64,000 nt of DNA from Bugula neritina (lineage: Eukaryota > Animalia > Bryozoa): NCBI GenBank assembly GCA_964035545.1, contig OZ037768.1, forward strand, positions 4,558,741 through 4,622,740, in the 5' to 3' direction. Shown here piece by piece: positions 32,850-47,259 of the stretch. The translations under genes were made by a program, and so were the position numbers. The number at the start of each line of letters is the position of its first letter. Position 1 is the stretch's first letter. The notes under the pieces are model-generated. The model had not been told where the DNA came from. It ran no database searches and worked only from the letters and a program-made list of their open reading frames with translations.

Positions 32850-35741
32850 GCTTTATTATTTACGAATTATACAGCAATAATGATTACTCACACTAATGCA
32901 CACGACTACATAACAGAGAGTGATTTATACACAACTTTACATGATTAAGATCCAATTCACTCTGCCGGCCAAGCTGTCTAACAAGCTTCCACTATACATT
33001 GGCAGCTCCGCCTACTACTAATTGTTAGCTACATTCGATTGGCTATCACGGTGGTGCCATCCTAATGACATGATGCTGACTGCATCATGTATCAGTCCGG
33101 TATAGAGTTATCCTTTCGATATAAAAACTACTAAGTGAGAACACAATACTAAAACTCTTTACAATATTTAGACTCTGGAAGATAAAATACTGTTTTAGCA
33201 ATATAAAGAGCACAACTCTGAAAAACTTAAATTTTTTATTGCCATACTTATAATCATATTAATATTCTGAAATAGTTGTTTAGTCTTTTCTCTTATTTAA
33301 AACTATATAGCTTTTAGTTTTAAGAAGCATCAAGTAAATCCACACGCGCACGCACACGCCCATACACACATAGGTTGGGTAGAGTTCACAAATTATGAGA
33401 CGACAGAAGCATGTATTGTTGTGAACAATAAGCCTGGGCGTGTTTAAAGTACAGATTCCTACCACGTGGTCGATCAGTCGACACACGCCCGCAACAAAAA
33501 TTTTTTAGTCGGTTTTCCTCATTAGTCATACCGCCTCAAACTATACTCACACTTCATAGTGATCGTTGGACTGTCACAACTATGTGGGATTGTAATGTCA
33601 CAGTCAATACTATAAAGTAAGTTGCAAATAAAAAGTACTAGTCCCATTATTTCCGTAGAACTAAAAGAGAACATAATCGAACATCATTATCATCACCATC
33701 AAACTCAAAGGTATCACTATCAGTAAGACTATGAGTATCACATTCAGTTTCACTTTGGCATGGGATTGGGTATGTCTGTCAAATTGAAGTTCAACCAGCT
33801 GCGTCGCCGTCTGATACTGAAATAGAAGAAGCACATGCAATACAAAGTCAACGGGCATAAGCAAATATTACTAAATTTCTAGCTAGTAATGGCCCAAATT
33901 TATTAACTTCAACATGTTCATAATCATCACTCATCAGTCATCATGATGATCGTACCCATACTTTTGGTCTTATCTTTTAATTTTATTTCAATTTACAGCT
34001 ATTCCTATTGTGATTAAACCTTGTAAATGTAATGATAATGTTATATAACTAATATAACACCTACTATCAGTATCACTTTGAAACAATCATGAGGAATCAA
34101 AATTTAATTTTATATTATAATTCTCCAATGGACTGGCTCCAGGCAATGATAATCATTATGGCTAACAAAATTACTCTCATTATCATCGCTAGAACGAAGA
34201 TATTTTCATTCTTAATAAATTAACATTGTGCAAGAAAGAATTGTTTGTAAAAGTATTCTTGTTAGTGGACACACTGTTAAAAACTTACTTTCTTTTGTCC
34301 TTATTGACTGTTTAATAGTTAACTATTCAAGTAGAACTGTTAGAATAGTCCTGAGCTTTTGAATCTTGATATGTATAATTGACATACCTACTAATATACT
34401 ATAGCATATATTAAAGTTATGTTAAAATGGAATATCAGTGGCTCAAAGCTTTTGTATTTTTATATACAAGTGTTTGATGTTTCTTATTTGTAACTACGGT
34501 ATGTAGTTTTCTAAGATAGCCAAAGTTTTAAAAAGATTTTTAGGGCTGTTGTTTAAATGGCACAACAGCTTGATTGGAAAAAGCAAGTTTCCATGCTTTA
34601 GTGAACACATTATATTCAGACAACAGCGAAAACCTTGCATACCCGGTAAAGTTGGACTGTTTTCTTAATTTTGTTTGGTCAATATACTGCAAAAATAATG
34701 TTATAAAAAGTTCCTGCTGGAGATATCTAATTAGCTGAGTAGTTTCAGGAAGTTCTGTATCTGAAATGTCAGTTTTGCATTCATGTTTGTATTAATGATT
34801 AGAATTGTGTATTATTGGTAATGAACAAGTGAGATCTAATACAGCATTACATCATGTTTATAATAGGCAGTAAAGTAAACCACAAAAACAACTTATTACC
34901 CACTTTTTGTTTTTATTTTCACAGTAACTTCTGCCGTGAAATTTCACTCCGTGGCAAGACCTTTAAAACATATCATTTTACCGAATTCAACAGCTAGTTA
35001 GTATTCAGATATGTTGATCATATTTTTATTCCTACAACATTGTCTGGTTATGGATATTAGTACTAACACAGCTTCAGTTGTTATCTTTTGCAGTTTTTGT
35101 TCAAATACTTCATGTTTATCTATTAATATACACTACAGCAGCAATCCGATGCAGTATGATGATTGCTAAAGTATAGTAACTAGATAAATAGTGAAGTCAG
35201 CTGTAATAAGCTAACCAACTAGAGAATTGTTTACTAAAAAGACTAGTGTGAAAATAAAGAGCTTTTATTTTTTTTATTTATCAGTTGTAACGGCAGTTTG
35301 ATCAAGGGAAATTGCTTGCAGTTAATAATATAACATTCCGTTAGAGAACTTATTGAATTTTGTTAAACTAGTCACAGTTTATACATGACTATTGAATGAA
35401 CTGCATCATACTGGCCTTATGGTTTGTTATCTTGGCCGAGCAAAAGAATAATTATGGTTGGGTTTGTTCACCAGTGTAAAAGTTCGGCTATACTAAAATA
35501 TGTTTGCTGAATCTATACTGGTTAAATTCTTGCCAGGTGCACCTTACTGGTCTGACTGGAACTAAGATTTCAACATGACAAAGCTGGGGGTAAAATTGTG
35601 TACATCCCTAGTAACTCTAATGGTCTCCTACCTTTCTACTAATAGCCATGTGATTTTTCTGTTATTATGTATAATTATCAGCTTCCAATGCATGCCTTTG
35701 TTTGTACTAATAGCTATTGTGGCTTTCTTACTGGTTATGTT

Positions 35742-36137
35742 ATAGACCATGTAAAACCCAATCAATCAGCTATTAATATTAACAACTGATCAAGAACAAG
35801 ATCAAGAACTGAATTTCTCCCCATTATAACTTATAACATTGTAACATTCTGCAAGTTCAATTGCAAAATGCATTGCTTTTAAAAAAAGTTGAGCATTATT
35901 TCATTAAATGTTGTTATAGCTACACGGATTTAATCCAGCTGTTAAATAAAGTAATAGTTGTTTGTCAGAAGTATTTGTTTAGACTTTTGAATTTATTCAA
36001 AGCCTCTTCTCACACAACCAGCTATTATGTAATGTCACAACATTACGTAATGCATGTTGACACTCATTATATTCTGTTTGAATGGTAATGTGTAAAGCCT
36101 TCAGTTAGCAGTTCTTCAAAGTCATATTATGGTCTGC
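35742..36137. mobile_element. Short decayed relative of the 29275-32849 element
   Basis: Begins ATAGACCATGTAA, contains CCATTATAACTTATA...TTCTGCAAGTTCAATTGCAAAATGCAT, ends ...ATGGTCT. Confidence 0.55.
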
Positions 36138-36477
36138 TGTGATCTCTGTAGTCTGCAGTCACTCTCAGCAACTGATGTCTAGCTCTTTTTATTATTGGAC
36201 AGACAATAAAGGAGTTACAATTATAAACAGTCTTGCTTATTTTTCGGCAAAGAGTCACTGTATTCAAAATCTTACATCAGCTCATAACCCACACGTAATT
36301 TTATGCAGCAAATTATAACATTCATAGCATATATTATTACGTTATTAAGATGGTAAACATTAATTATTAAAGTAGGTGTGAATGGCTTCTTTGGGTTAGT
36401 TCAAATTGAGTGTGTGTTTTATTTCTTCCGCAGGTCGCTAGAAACTTAATGCTTTGTTGTCTACTTTTCTCAATAAC

Positions 36478-39400
36478 ATGGAATTAGATGACGATGCGAT
36501 CAAACCAGTTAGTGAAGGAGAACTTCAAGATAAGCTTGAGTTTTTACGATCAGCCATCTTGAATGATGTTCTTGCTACACCCAAGCTGCCTGATTTAAGG
36601 GTACTGCCTTCCAGCCACCAAAAAGGTGTGAAACTAAATTATTAGTTGGCAAAAAAAAAATTTTATTAATTATTGTTTAAAGTTTAATTAAAATATACAT
36701 AATTTTTGAATGAAGTAGATGCAAGTATTTTAAACTAATGCTACCAAAAATTTGTAAGACACATAAAAGTGTTTTTTACACTGAGGCAAATCTTTTTACA
36801 ACAATAATTTGAGTATATTCTACAGCTATCTATGGCACACAGTCTAGAGTTGAACATGGCGTGCGAACTCAGGATACGAACAGAAAACAGTAGCCATTTA
36901 GCTGAAAGCTTTTTATAGCTTGTTCTTTAAAATATTGTATAGCAACGGTGTTGTTGTACAGCAGCTTATTTGTTTTCTACTACATGATATGATGCTGATT
37001 TTAGAAACTTTAAATTTTAATTTAATTTTAATTAAACTGGCGATTACATTCACATTTCAAATATTATTTTATACTTGTTTTTGGCATTTCATAGTTTTTT
37101 TATTCATTCCAGAATCTGATATAGCAAATGTGTTGCCCCTCCAACTGATAGCCACTGGAGTTGTCTGCACACATCAGTTAAATCTTGAGTTGAGACATTT
37201 GCTCAGAGAAAAATTTGACGTTGATGCCCACTTTGAAATTACTAAGTACCCAGGTTGTTCCAATACTTGGTGGATTGATCTCAATCACATACTTTCTTCA
37301 AATGGTAATCATGTTTATATATTATTGTATATTATATATGTGTGTTTATATGTATTATAAAGTTAGTATATTTAGAATAAGTAATTTTTTTTTAATTTCT
37401 CATTATATCTATAATTATCTAGAATTAATCTTAAATGGGAAAAAAATGAAAACGCTACATAAAAAATCAATTTTTGCAGCTTGTGATCTATTTGTTTATA
37501 GCTCTTGGAGTTTTGTTTGAGGAGAAGTTGAAAAGTTGTGCTAAGCTGTACGTCCACTCTGAAATGTTGCTCCTTCTGGTACGAGAGATGTCTCAACGCA
37601 AACATCTCAGTACGATAGTTACCGATTCTCTCATGCTAGAGTTCCTGCTTGACGAAACCTTGCCTGGCTATGCTAAACTTAAGAGCTACCTTCTAGAGCA
37701 CCATATGTCCATCACACCAGAGGGGATGATCTACGTGGAATTTACTACAGATTGGCAAAAGAACAGGTATTGTAATGAGCTCGGAGCCAAATTTTGTTGA
37801 ACTCAAATTTTAGGCTTCTAATAGAAGTTACTAATACTAATATATAGTTACATAATATTATTTTTTGTACTGAAATAGCTTATTTGTGACTGAGTTCACA
37901 CGTCAGCTTTTAAAACTTATGCCACAAATTTCAGGATCATCCTTGATGTACTGCTAAATATGCATGCGCAGTTGCAAGAGTTCATTAGCAAAGCTTTCAT
38001 GACTTATGAGACCAAACCGATCTCTCCCAATCTCCTTTTGCAAGTTCAACCCAACTTGGAGGATATTAGTTTTAATCAAGGTCTTTTCTTCCGAGTGAAC
38101 ACTAACAACTGTATTTTAATGGCTGGCTCTCACCCAGCTGTCGAGGCAGCGAAGCATGCTGTTCAGTCCGCAATCGGTTATCATGAACAGACAGATACAG
38201 TGATGATTCCAGGTCACGCTGGTACCGTAAAATTCATCAGTAAATATAAAGACGACATCCTGAGAAGTATAGAGATGCGACACGCTGTTGACATTAAAAC
38301 AAGTGAAGATTTCACCGAGTTTTACGTTACTGGCAATAAACACTTTGTGAAAAATGCTGAGCCCGATTTATGTAGGCTAATAGACTCCGTCACTCGGCAA
38401 ACAGTGTACATCACTGATAGCTCAAAGGTTGTTCTCATTAGAAGTAGTCAAGAGATTTTAGAGAATGCTGGGGCTGCTAAACACTGTCTGGTTTGTGTGA
38501 ATGAAAGTGCAGAGGAGCCTGATAACCTTAAAGATATGTGGTGTTCAAGGTTTATTGGTAAAGTGGTTATCGAAGGTAACAAAATGTGTACAATCTGGCA
38601 AGGGGATATAACAACCTTTGCTACTGATGCTATAGTGACGTACACTAATGGAGATCTAGAATCTGTAGGAGTCACTTCTCTCACCATCTCAACCAATGGT
38701 AATCAACAGAATTCAATTTGTGACTGACCTGTCAAACAAAACTAAAAGTTTTACTAAGTGAATTGTATTATATTTCTAATTGTAGTTGCAATAACATTTC
38801 AATCTTGTAATCTTCTATGTGTAACTTATGCTATATTCTGCTTTAGCTGGATATCCAATGCAAGCTGAATGCAAACAATATTTGCAGCAGAATTTCCCAC
38901 TTGTTGAAGGACAGGTTTTGGTCACATCTGCTGGGTATCTTTCTGCTTCTTATGTATTTCATATGGTGGTTCCCCGATGGCAAGGCGGGGCACATCAAGA
39001 AATATCAACTTTGGAGAATGGCATTGACAATTGCTTTGACGAGGCCGAAGTTCGCGGCATTCAGTCTCTTGCCATCCCTTTTCTTGAAATCTCAGCCGCT
39101 GGTTTTCCTGTCGATGTGTCTACAAGAACTATTGTTCAGGCAATCCTTTCAAGAAAAAAGTGCAAAAAGTTTTTACCATCTTCAATCTCATTGGTTAGTT
39201 TGGACTTTGCTTCTTCTGCCTTCTTCAAAAAAGAGCTCACTAAACACTTCCAAATGATTCGTTTCTTACAACCGAGCCCTAGCAAGAATTTCTTGTATCC
39301 GACGTGGCATTACAAGTTAGAAGGTAATGAAACACTGTATTAGACTGTATTCACGCTATTTACTTGCCTACGTTTCTTGAGTTTTGTTTTCTGTGAAATA

Positions 39401-42400
39401 TTGTGAAAAGATTTTAAAACACAAGTTAACTTTGCTGCTTGATAGTTATTGTAGAAAGTACTTTGTTAACTGCACTTTTTAATAATGATTATTATAGCTT
39501 GTTGAGTTGGGATTAAATATCAACTCAAGGTGTTTGTGTTTAGCTCTTCCTTGCAATTACTCAGTCTCAATGCCAAACAGCTCCATCGAAGTAGCTGGTA
39601 AAATGGAAATCAAGATTATTGTTGGAAGCTTGGGGGCTCAAGAAGTAAGTGCGAATTTACTTTTGATTTATGATGCTTTTAGGCCTGGCCACACACATGA
39701 AATCGTCTATTTGACATGAAAACACAAATGTACGATCAAATTTAAGGGAATTCAGACGAAATCGTCTTCGTTGGGTGCACCCAACGAATAGGGTGGAAAA
39801 AAATCGCAATCAACGATAAGCACCATTTAATTGGCCGATAGAATTTTAGCAACAGTATTTATTTCATTTTTACCACGTTTCTCTGTCTGGCCGTTTTCTG
39901 CTGTTTGTGTCTCGTGCAAGACTCATTTACGAACTATTTATTATGTGTTTCGTCCGACGAGTGTGTGGCTGGTTATAACGAGTTTCGTGTGATTCTCACC
40001 AGCGTGAGGCCAGGCGTTTAGTCAAGAATATCGTCAACTGTATTTAGGTGTCAAACATACTGTTACATTTCCAAGAGTTGTTTAGCTTTGTTGCTAAGTG
40101 ACCTACTACACTGAACTCTGCAGTATACTTCTGCTCTGCTCTGCTCACAGTATAGTTCGTATACACAGTAGTAGATCAGCTCTTCTAGTGCAGCTTTAAC
40201 TTGTCATGCTGCTAAGACTCGAAGAAGCCACTCACATGCTTCGTGTAGCTGTCCTGTTTTATAAAAAGTTTTAGTGCGAGAAATGGAGACATATCGACCA
40301 AATGTCCAATTGCCCTCCAACCTCCAAGGTTATTATAAGGTCATTTGAAGTATTTCTTGTAGGTTGATTGCTTGGTAAACCCAATACAGACTACTAATTT
40401 AGATCTTAGTGAAAACGAGTTGTCAGCAGAATTATTGGCGGTAGCAGGACCAGAGTTACAGGCAGCGTGCTCAGCTCAAGCGCCATTATTGGCGGGACAA
40501 GTGCAGGAAACTAGTGGCTTTAATCTGCCATGTAAAAAGATTCTGCACTGCAACTGTCTGTTTCTAAACAAAGAATGTGCTATTCTGGTAAACATAAAAA
40601 CTTAATAAAAAGTACTTTTATATGATAACTGAGGCTAAATCAAAGATAATAGAAGGTGAATTTTTCATTATTTAAAATTTTGTGCCATCAAGTCATGGCT
40701 AGCTTCAAACTTGCCGATTACTTTCCAAGTTTTTTAATTTAGAATTTAGTTGTCAAAAAATACTCTTATGAAAAATTGATTTCATTCATTACCGGCTTAC
40801 ACTACATACATGGGCTTTATTGAAAATAAATTTTAAAGCTTTTGTGAGTTTTTTATTTTATGTCAAGTTATAGTAAATGCTTCAAAAATTTTCAAATGTT
40901 TAGTGGTGTATTTATCCTAATGACAGGCTGATCAAATCAAAGTATAGGAGCTAAACAAATCAACCATGTTGTACTCCTATCATAAGACATTGTTTACGTG
41001 TGTTTCAGGAGAATAAACAGCTCCTGTTACGCTGCCTCACTATAGCCTGTGCTAGGGGTTACACATCTGTTGCAGTTCCATCCAGTTTCAGGTGTGACGT
41101 GGCTGAACTCATGCTGCAAACTTTACTAGAGCACGCTAGCATGACTAATATCGACACACTGCAGCTTGTTGCTATAGTCGTTGATCCTAAGGATAAATTT
41201 ACCCTGCAGGTAATCCGTGTTCATATTTACATGTAGAAGAATAATACCTGCTTGATGTGCAAACACCGATTTTGATGTTATTGCTTGAAAACCCAACATG
41301 TGGCAAAGCTAAGGTTACATGGGAACAGTTTTACAGATGTGTTTAAATTTTTCTAGCATTTGACTGCAAAATATTGGCGTACATCAGTTCAACCATTTTT
41401 TAAATACCACTAATGTCACAGTTTTTGCAGCCAACAATTATGATACATAGTCTAAAAATTTTGGGTTGTGCACTAGCATAGCTGTTTTTCTGTGTTTGCT
41501 GGAATAGCAAGTCTTTTTTGTTGCTCAAAACTGTCATATTTATTTGGTGTATTCTATTCTTTGTCTTAACTTAAACCAAAAAGCCTTTAGCGCCAACATG
41601 AGCACATAATTTATTTGTTTGAACATACAACCCTCCAACTCTCTGTAGAAGATAGCTAAGACACACACACACACACGCGCACACACACACACACACACAC
41701 ACGAATATATTAATACTCCATAAATAAATTGTGTCAGGGATTCTTCAAGTGGCTTATTTATAGTAGTATTTCTGTAGAGTTTTGAAAAGGAACTGTCGAA
41801 GTTGAATACACCCGAACATGTGGTAAAAGTTCCAAAGCCGATTCCACTCCCAAGCTCTCTGAATTCAAATGAAGGTCAGTACACGTAGTGCACTGTTGAC
41901 TATCAAAGCTCAACTCTTAAGGTCTGGCCTCACGCTCGTGAGAATCACACGAAATCGTCTATTTGACACGAAAACACAAACGTACGACCAAATATTAGGG
42001 GATTCAAACGAAATCGTCTTCGTTGGGTGCACCCAACGAAGATGATAGACGAAAAATCGCAATTAACGATAAGCACCATTTGATTGGTCAATAGAATATT
42101 AGCTACAGTAATTATTTCATTTCTACCACTTTCTTTTGTTTGGCAATTTTCTGCTGTTTGTTACTCGTGCAAGACTCATTCAAGGACTATTTATTGTGTG
42201 TTTCGTCCGATGAGTGTGTGGCTGGTCATAACGAGAGGATGACTCACAAAAATCGTCACACGAGTTTCGTGTGATTCCCACGAGCGCGAGGCTAGACCTT
42301 TACTGAAAACAAACTGCATATATACCTTTCATGTAGTGCAAGGTGAAGAGGTTAAATATCAATCTGCAGTAAAAACCTTTTGTGAAAAGTTAAAGTAATG

Positions 42401-45400
42401 TATCAGGAATTGAATTTATAGTTAAATCTTATATATTACCAAGTAATATATTATATAATATATTACCAAGTAATATATTATATAATATATTACCAAGTAA
42501 TATATAAGATTTGATACTTTACTTGAAGTTTATTGGGGAAGACCTACAGTTCTGTTAGTTTTCATAAATAAACAAGAAGATAGTGTTTATGTTCATAGAT
42601 GAAGATGAATTCTATGTCATATTTTAGTATACCAATTGCCAACTAGCACTTCATCATTGCCATCACCTCAATCTAAATGTCAACCAGCTGTTCAGTGGTC
42701 ATGCAGCTGCTCAAGTAATTTGATTTGCCATTACTAGTATCCTAATATATATGCTTTGTCTGAGTTGAATTTATGTTTCACAACTAGCTGTGACTTGTTT
42801 ACAGGTGTGACTATCCAGAAGTTACATCTGTTGACTGGTCACATCAGTCCTGTGACATTCCATGTGCTACATATTCTGTGACTATGTCTGAGTTATTTCT
42901 CTCCTCATTGTAAAGGGAGGGGGGGGGATCGTTGTACTCTCTCTTTCTCGTAAAATTTCTCTTAAAGAATTTACGAAACTGGCATGCTTACACATTTTTT
43001 TTGAAAAGATGACTTTTTCAAAGAAATAAGTTGAAAAATTTATGAGAGTTTCTATTGTGTTTTGTTAACCCATTTCCTTTGTAGTTTGTGAACAGAAAAG
43101 GCAGTAAATCTCAGTTACTGGAAAATAAGAATAATGCAGCTGCTGTCTTCTGGTAACTTCTATTATGCATTATCCTGTTTTAGTTTCCTGGACATTCGGC
43201 TGTACGGTTAAGGGTGATAGGCCTGTCAAAAGAGTTGAGTTGGAAATTTTTGGCTCTTCGCTCACTGACATCTCTGGGTGCCTTCAATCTCTACACTCTG
43301 CCTTCAAGGATCAGCTGTATGTGCTGCACTGGAGAGATCAAGATTTCTATTTGGAGGATTATTGCCTGCTTGAAAGCATGACGTTGCAACTGGTAACATT
43401 TGTTTCAATGCAAAGTTAATGTAGCCCTAGAAACATCATAACTGATGTTATATATTAAATGCTTCTCCAGGTCCCAGCCCCTCATATTGCTGCTATGTGA
43501 CAGCTAGTTCCAAGACTATATACAATACTGTAATATACTATACTATAATACTGTAATATACTATACTATACTATAATATACTGTAATATACTATACTATA
43601 ATACTGTAATATACTATACTATAATACTGTAATATACTATACTATCATACCGTAATATACTATACTGTAATATACCATATTATAATACTGTAATATACTA
43701 TAATATACTGTAATATACTATACTATAATACTGTAATATACTACACTATAATACTGTAATATACTACACTATAATACTGTAATATACTACACTATAATAC
43801 TGTAATATACTATACTATAATACTGTAATATACTATACTATCATACCGTAATATACTACACTATAATACTGTAATATACTATACTATACTATAATACTGT
43901 AATATACTATACTATCATACCGTAATATACTATACCATAATACTGTAATATACTATATTATAATACTTACATTATATGTGGTGCTAGGTTTTACAAGAAT
44001 CATTATAGATGTTAGAAGGGACATATAAATAAAAAAACTCACGCAAGTTTATAGTCGCTATCCCTGTGAGAAACCCCTGATGGAAAGGGTTTTTGTTAGA
44101 ATGGGCTAAGGACTTATTTAAATGAGACACAGGAGCAATTATGACTGGATGCTCTTCCTAACATCACCAATAGCCTTTGTCTGGGCTCGGACCCATGACT
44201 TTCGTGCTTACTAGGCAAACGCTCTAACCTCTAGACCACGGCTGCTCCCTAGAAGGGACATATAAATAGATTACTCCTAAATTCCATAAAACATGTTGCC
44301 AGCATGGTTTGAAGTGAAGTCTTTAGCATTGATTTCTTTACAATATTTGTGATTTAAGTGGAGAAAACTTTTTATTTCTAAATAAAATAACACTACTCAG
44401 TTGTTTTAAGTTTGACTGCCAATATTCAAGATGATTAGAATTTTCTAGATTGAGTTAATACGGCTCAGTGCGGAGCAATTTCACACCACTATACAGTTTA
44501 TGCCAGTTGAGTTGAATATTCGAATCTGTGGACTGAAGGAGAACGTCTTAACTGTGAGAGACACTATCAGGATGTTATTACGACTACACGACAATCGTTC
44601 TCCCATTGTATGTATGCCTTGCGTATTCTACTGCCGAATCTCATCAACTTGCCAATTACGTGTTCCTGAGTGCGTATAGTAAATAAATAACGTGACACTT
44701 TTTCTACTCGTAGGTACTTCTGCCACTTCCTTATTTAGACTACAACTTCAAATGCGGTTTATCAACTAATCCTGCTTCACCTTGTAAGTATTTTCTTAAT
44801 AGTCTAACTTTGAAGACTTCAGCTTCAGATATATTAGAGATCGTTGTTCATTTGTCAACAGTAACAATATCTTTAATATAAGTTTAAAATTTTCACATTT
44901 TGTAGAAAGCGTAACAAATAAATTTAACAAAAAGGAAAACTTACAGTGGCCATATTATTATAAACTAAATTATATCATATGAACTTAGTCAAAGGTTGAA
45001 TGTCTTTCCTGGAGTTGTAATTTTCATCTGTTACATCTATTGCAGTCTGTTACATCTATTGCATCTGTTACATCTATTGCAGTCTGTTACATCTATTGCA
45101 GTCTGTTACATCTATTGCAGTCTGTTACATCTATTGCAGTCTGTTACATCTATTGCAGTCTGTTACATCTATTGCAGCCTGTTTCGTATTTCTCTTCCTT
45201 ATAAAAACTCAACATCCATATCTTATGAAGAATTATTAATATCACAAGCAATACTTGATCTGTGTACATACTTAATATGATACTTGTGTACATACTTAAT
45301 ATGATACTTGTGTACATACTTGATATGGGACTTAATGCAAGGCATGTAGGCTTATTGCTTTACATAACTAAGTTTTATGTAAACAAATTTATGCTAAATT

Positions 45401-46708
45401 GCTTATTTTTCATACTGGGACACAGTTTCAAATTTCTAATCCAATATGTAAAAATGCTTGAATCTATACACTAGCTGCATAGAACTGCCAGCTAACGATG
45501 CAATGTATTTTACTGTTAATTCATTTGTTGGAAGTTGTTGTCCCTAAAACCTGGAATGCTCCATTTGATGTCTACCGTGAGGTGGCTCTCTGTAAAGACA
45601 GTGATGAGTATTCAGACGTGAAAGCATCTGTGGTGAGAAGGACAGGCTTTCATTTGAACATTTTGGAGGTGAATAAAACTTGACACGCCAGTACATGATG
45701 TATTTCATAAACAATATCAATTTTCACTCTGAGATTTTTAGTATTAGTTCATTAAAGTGCCAGTTTTAGTCAATTAAAAATAGCGTATGAATTAGTTAAC
45801 TATTGGCATACATTCAGAAACTGGTGGATAGAAAATGTAGCCTTAGTGCTAAACTATTGCTGTTTTGCCCTAGTTTATTTCTAATACGTATTATTTTAGA
45901 TTATTCGGATACAAAATCCAACCCAATACAAGAAATATGCTCAGACACTGTGGAAAGTAGCAAAGAGGTTGCAGCAGGATAAATCAGAAGTTTTCAAATC
46001 TGCACTCTTCCATGGAACTAAGAAAACTAGCGCCTTCGAAATTGCAAAATCTAATTATAGCCTGGAGTACTGCGGCCGCAATGGTAAGTCGGTATAAGCT
46101 TTGAAGTCGGCACTGTTTTAAGTTTTAATGTGGTTTGTAAGTTTGACATATTTTATTTAGTGTGGAAATTTTAAAGTTATGCTTTTCATGGCATACTGAT
46201 GCATTGCATGGTTAAATTTTGGGTATTGAGAATGTGTTTACCGCAAGCAAATAGCACGCTGTCCAAATAGCACGCTGCCTTATTCAATGTTACTAACTGA
46301 TGTACAAATTTTGTGTGCTCTTCAAAATTTTGGTCCCTATTTTCTCACTTCAAATGAATGCGTTTTGACAAATTAGTCTCAAATTGAATCGCTGTTATTG
46401 TTTGTGTTTTAGGTTCGCTGTTAGGTCGGGGGATTTATTTTTCAGTGTGTGCTCAGTACTCGTCAAATTCCAGATTTGCGTCTCCAGCTGAAGATCATGA
46501 GCAGGTGATGTTGTGGAATCGAGTGGTCACTGGGAAGAGTTGTTTGGGGGTCAGGAACATGACCGCCCCACCTTATGCTACCATGACAGACCGATTTGAC
46601 TCTGTGGTGGACATCGAACACGACCCTGCAGTCTACGCAGTATTTGACAATTCATTCATCTACCCCGAATACATTATCAGGTTTCTACCTGTTGGTGGTA
46701 GTCACTGA
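36478..46708 (+). CDS. PARP14/PARP15-like macrodomain mono-ADP-ribosyltransferase (KH-like repeats, 2 macrodomains, ART catalytic domain)
   Basis: Phase-compatible GT-AG exons: 36478-36625, 37113-37304, 37502-37766, 37935-38698, 38847-39323, 39544-39644, 40363-40587, 41009-41209, 41778-41874, 43184-43392, 44449-44607, 44714-44783, 45535-45668, 45900-46083, 46413-46708. Motifs QGDITTFATDAIV, AGPELQAAC...TSGFNLPCKKILH, RIQNP, LFHGT, GRGIYF, FDSVVD, YPEYII. The start codon is uncertain. Confidence 0.9.
39681..40017. mobile_element. PIF/Harbinger-type MITE, copy 1 (with internal deletions)
   Basis: Colinear with 41920-42299; ends GCCTGGCC...GGCCAGGC. Confidence 0.75.
41660..41703. repeat. (CA)n microsatellite
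   Basis: Seen directly. Confidence 0.95.
41920..42299. mobile_element. PIF/Harbinger-type MITE, copy 2
   Basis: ~35-bp TIR AGGTCTGGCCTCACGCTCGTGAGAATCACACGAAA, TTA TSD (41917-19 / 42300-02), central palindrome TTCGTTGGGTGCACCCAACGAA. Confidence 0.82.
42424..42512. repeat. 27-bp tandem triplication inside a hairpin (AAATCTTATATATTAC-CAA-GTAATATATAAGATTT)
   Basis: Seen directly. Confidence 0.7.
43515..43966. repeat. AT-rich minisatellite (~23-bp TATACTATACTATAATACTGTAA)
   Basis: Seen directly. Confidence 0.92.
44032..44249 (-). mobile_element. tRNA-derived SINE with 19-bp TSD
   Basis: Minus-strand head GGAGCAGCCGTGGTCTAGAGGTTAGAGCG...GGGTCCGAGCCC (A/B boxes), T-rich end; TSD TAGAAGGGACATATAAATA at 44013-31 and 44250-68. 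Confidence 0.85.
45026..45180. repeat. 19-bp minisatellite (CTGTTACATCTATTGCAGT, ~8 copies)
   Basis: Seen directly; explains ORF 44996..45280. Confidence 0.92.
45250..45326. repeat. 24-bp tandem repeat (~3 copies)
   Basis: TGTGTACATACTTAATATGATACT; explains ORF 45262..45474. Confidence 0.85.
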
Positions 46709-47259
46709 TAGTCATGAGAAAATATCTTAATTTTAATATATTTTACTGCTTTAGTTCAGCTTCTTCTCCGGTTATCATCATTATCAGAGCTTACCCGAGT
46801 GTTTAAATTTGTTATAAATATATTTATATAGTTTGCTACTACAATACTAGTGTATTTATAATTCGAAGTTCACTCTCCTGTAATTATACTCCTAAAGATA
46901 TTTGTTTTTCACTAAAACTGATGCAATAGAGTTTCATATTAATTATTTTAATAATAAAAAAAGATTTATCACGACTAAAATGATGATTGGCATTATAACT
47001 AATTATTATAATAACTTAAATAATAGTTTATATTAATCTGCAACAAAATTGGCAAAATGAAAGAACATAGAGAAGATAATTGCAAAATCTTAGAAATAGT
47101 TAAACTTCAGGGTATTGGAGATCCTAAAGTAATGCATCAAAGTGATGGAATATATACTTTTAATTGAAATTGCAAATGATAAGTAAACTAGGATCTAGTG
47201 GTGCTAATAAAGCTACATGTGCCATTTCTCAAGTCATTGCGCCACATTGTTGAATGCTT

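Noticed and set aside
34544-34645. Upstream coding exon of the PARP gene
   Set aside because: Frames from the acceptor contain stops and the next exon has an in-frame TAG before ATG 36478; at most a 5' UTR exon.
44175-44249. tRNA gene (Thr-AGT-like)
   Set aside because: No acceptor stem; it continues into a SINE body bounded by a 19-bp TSD.
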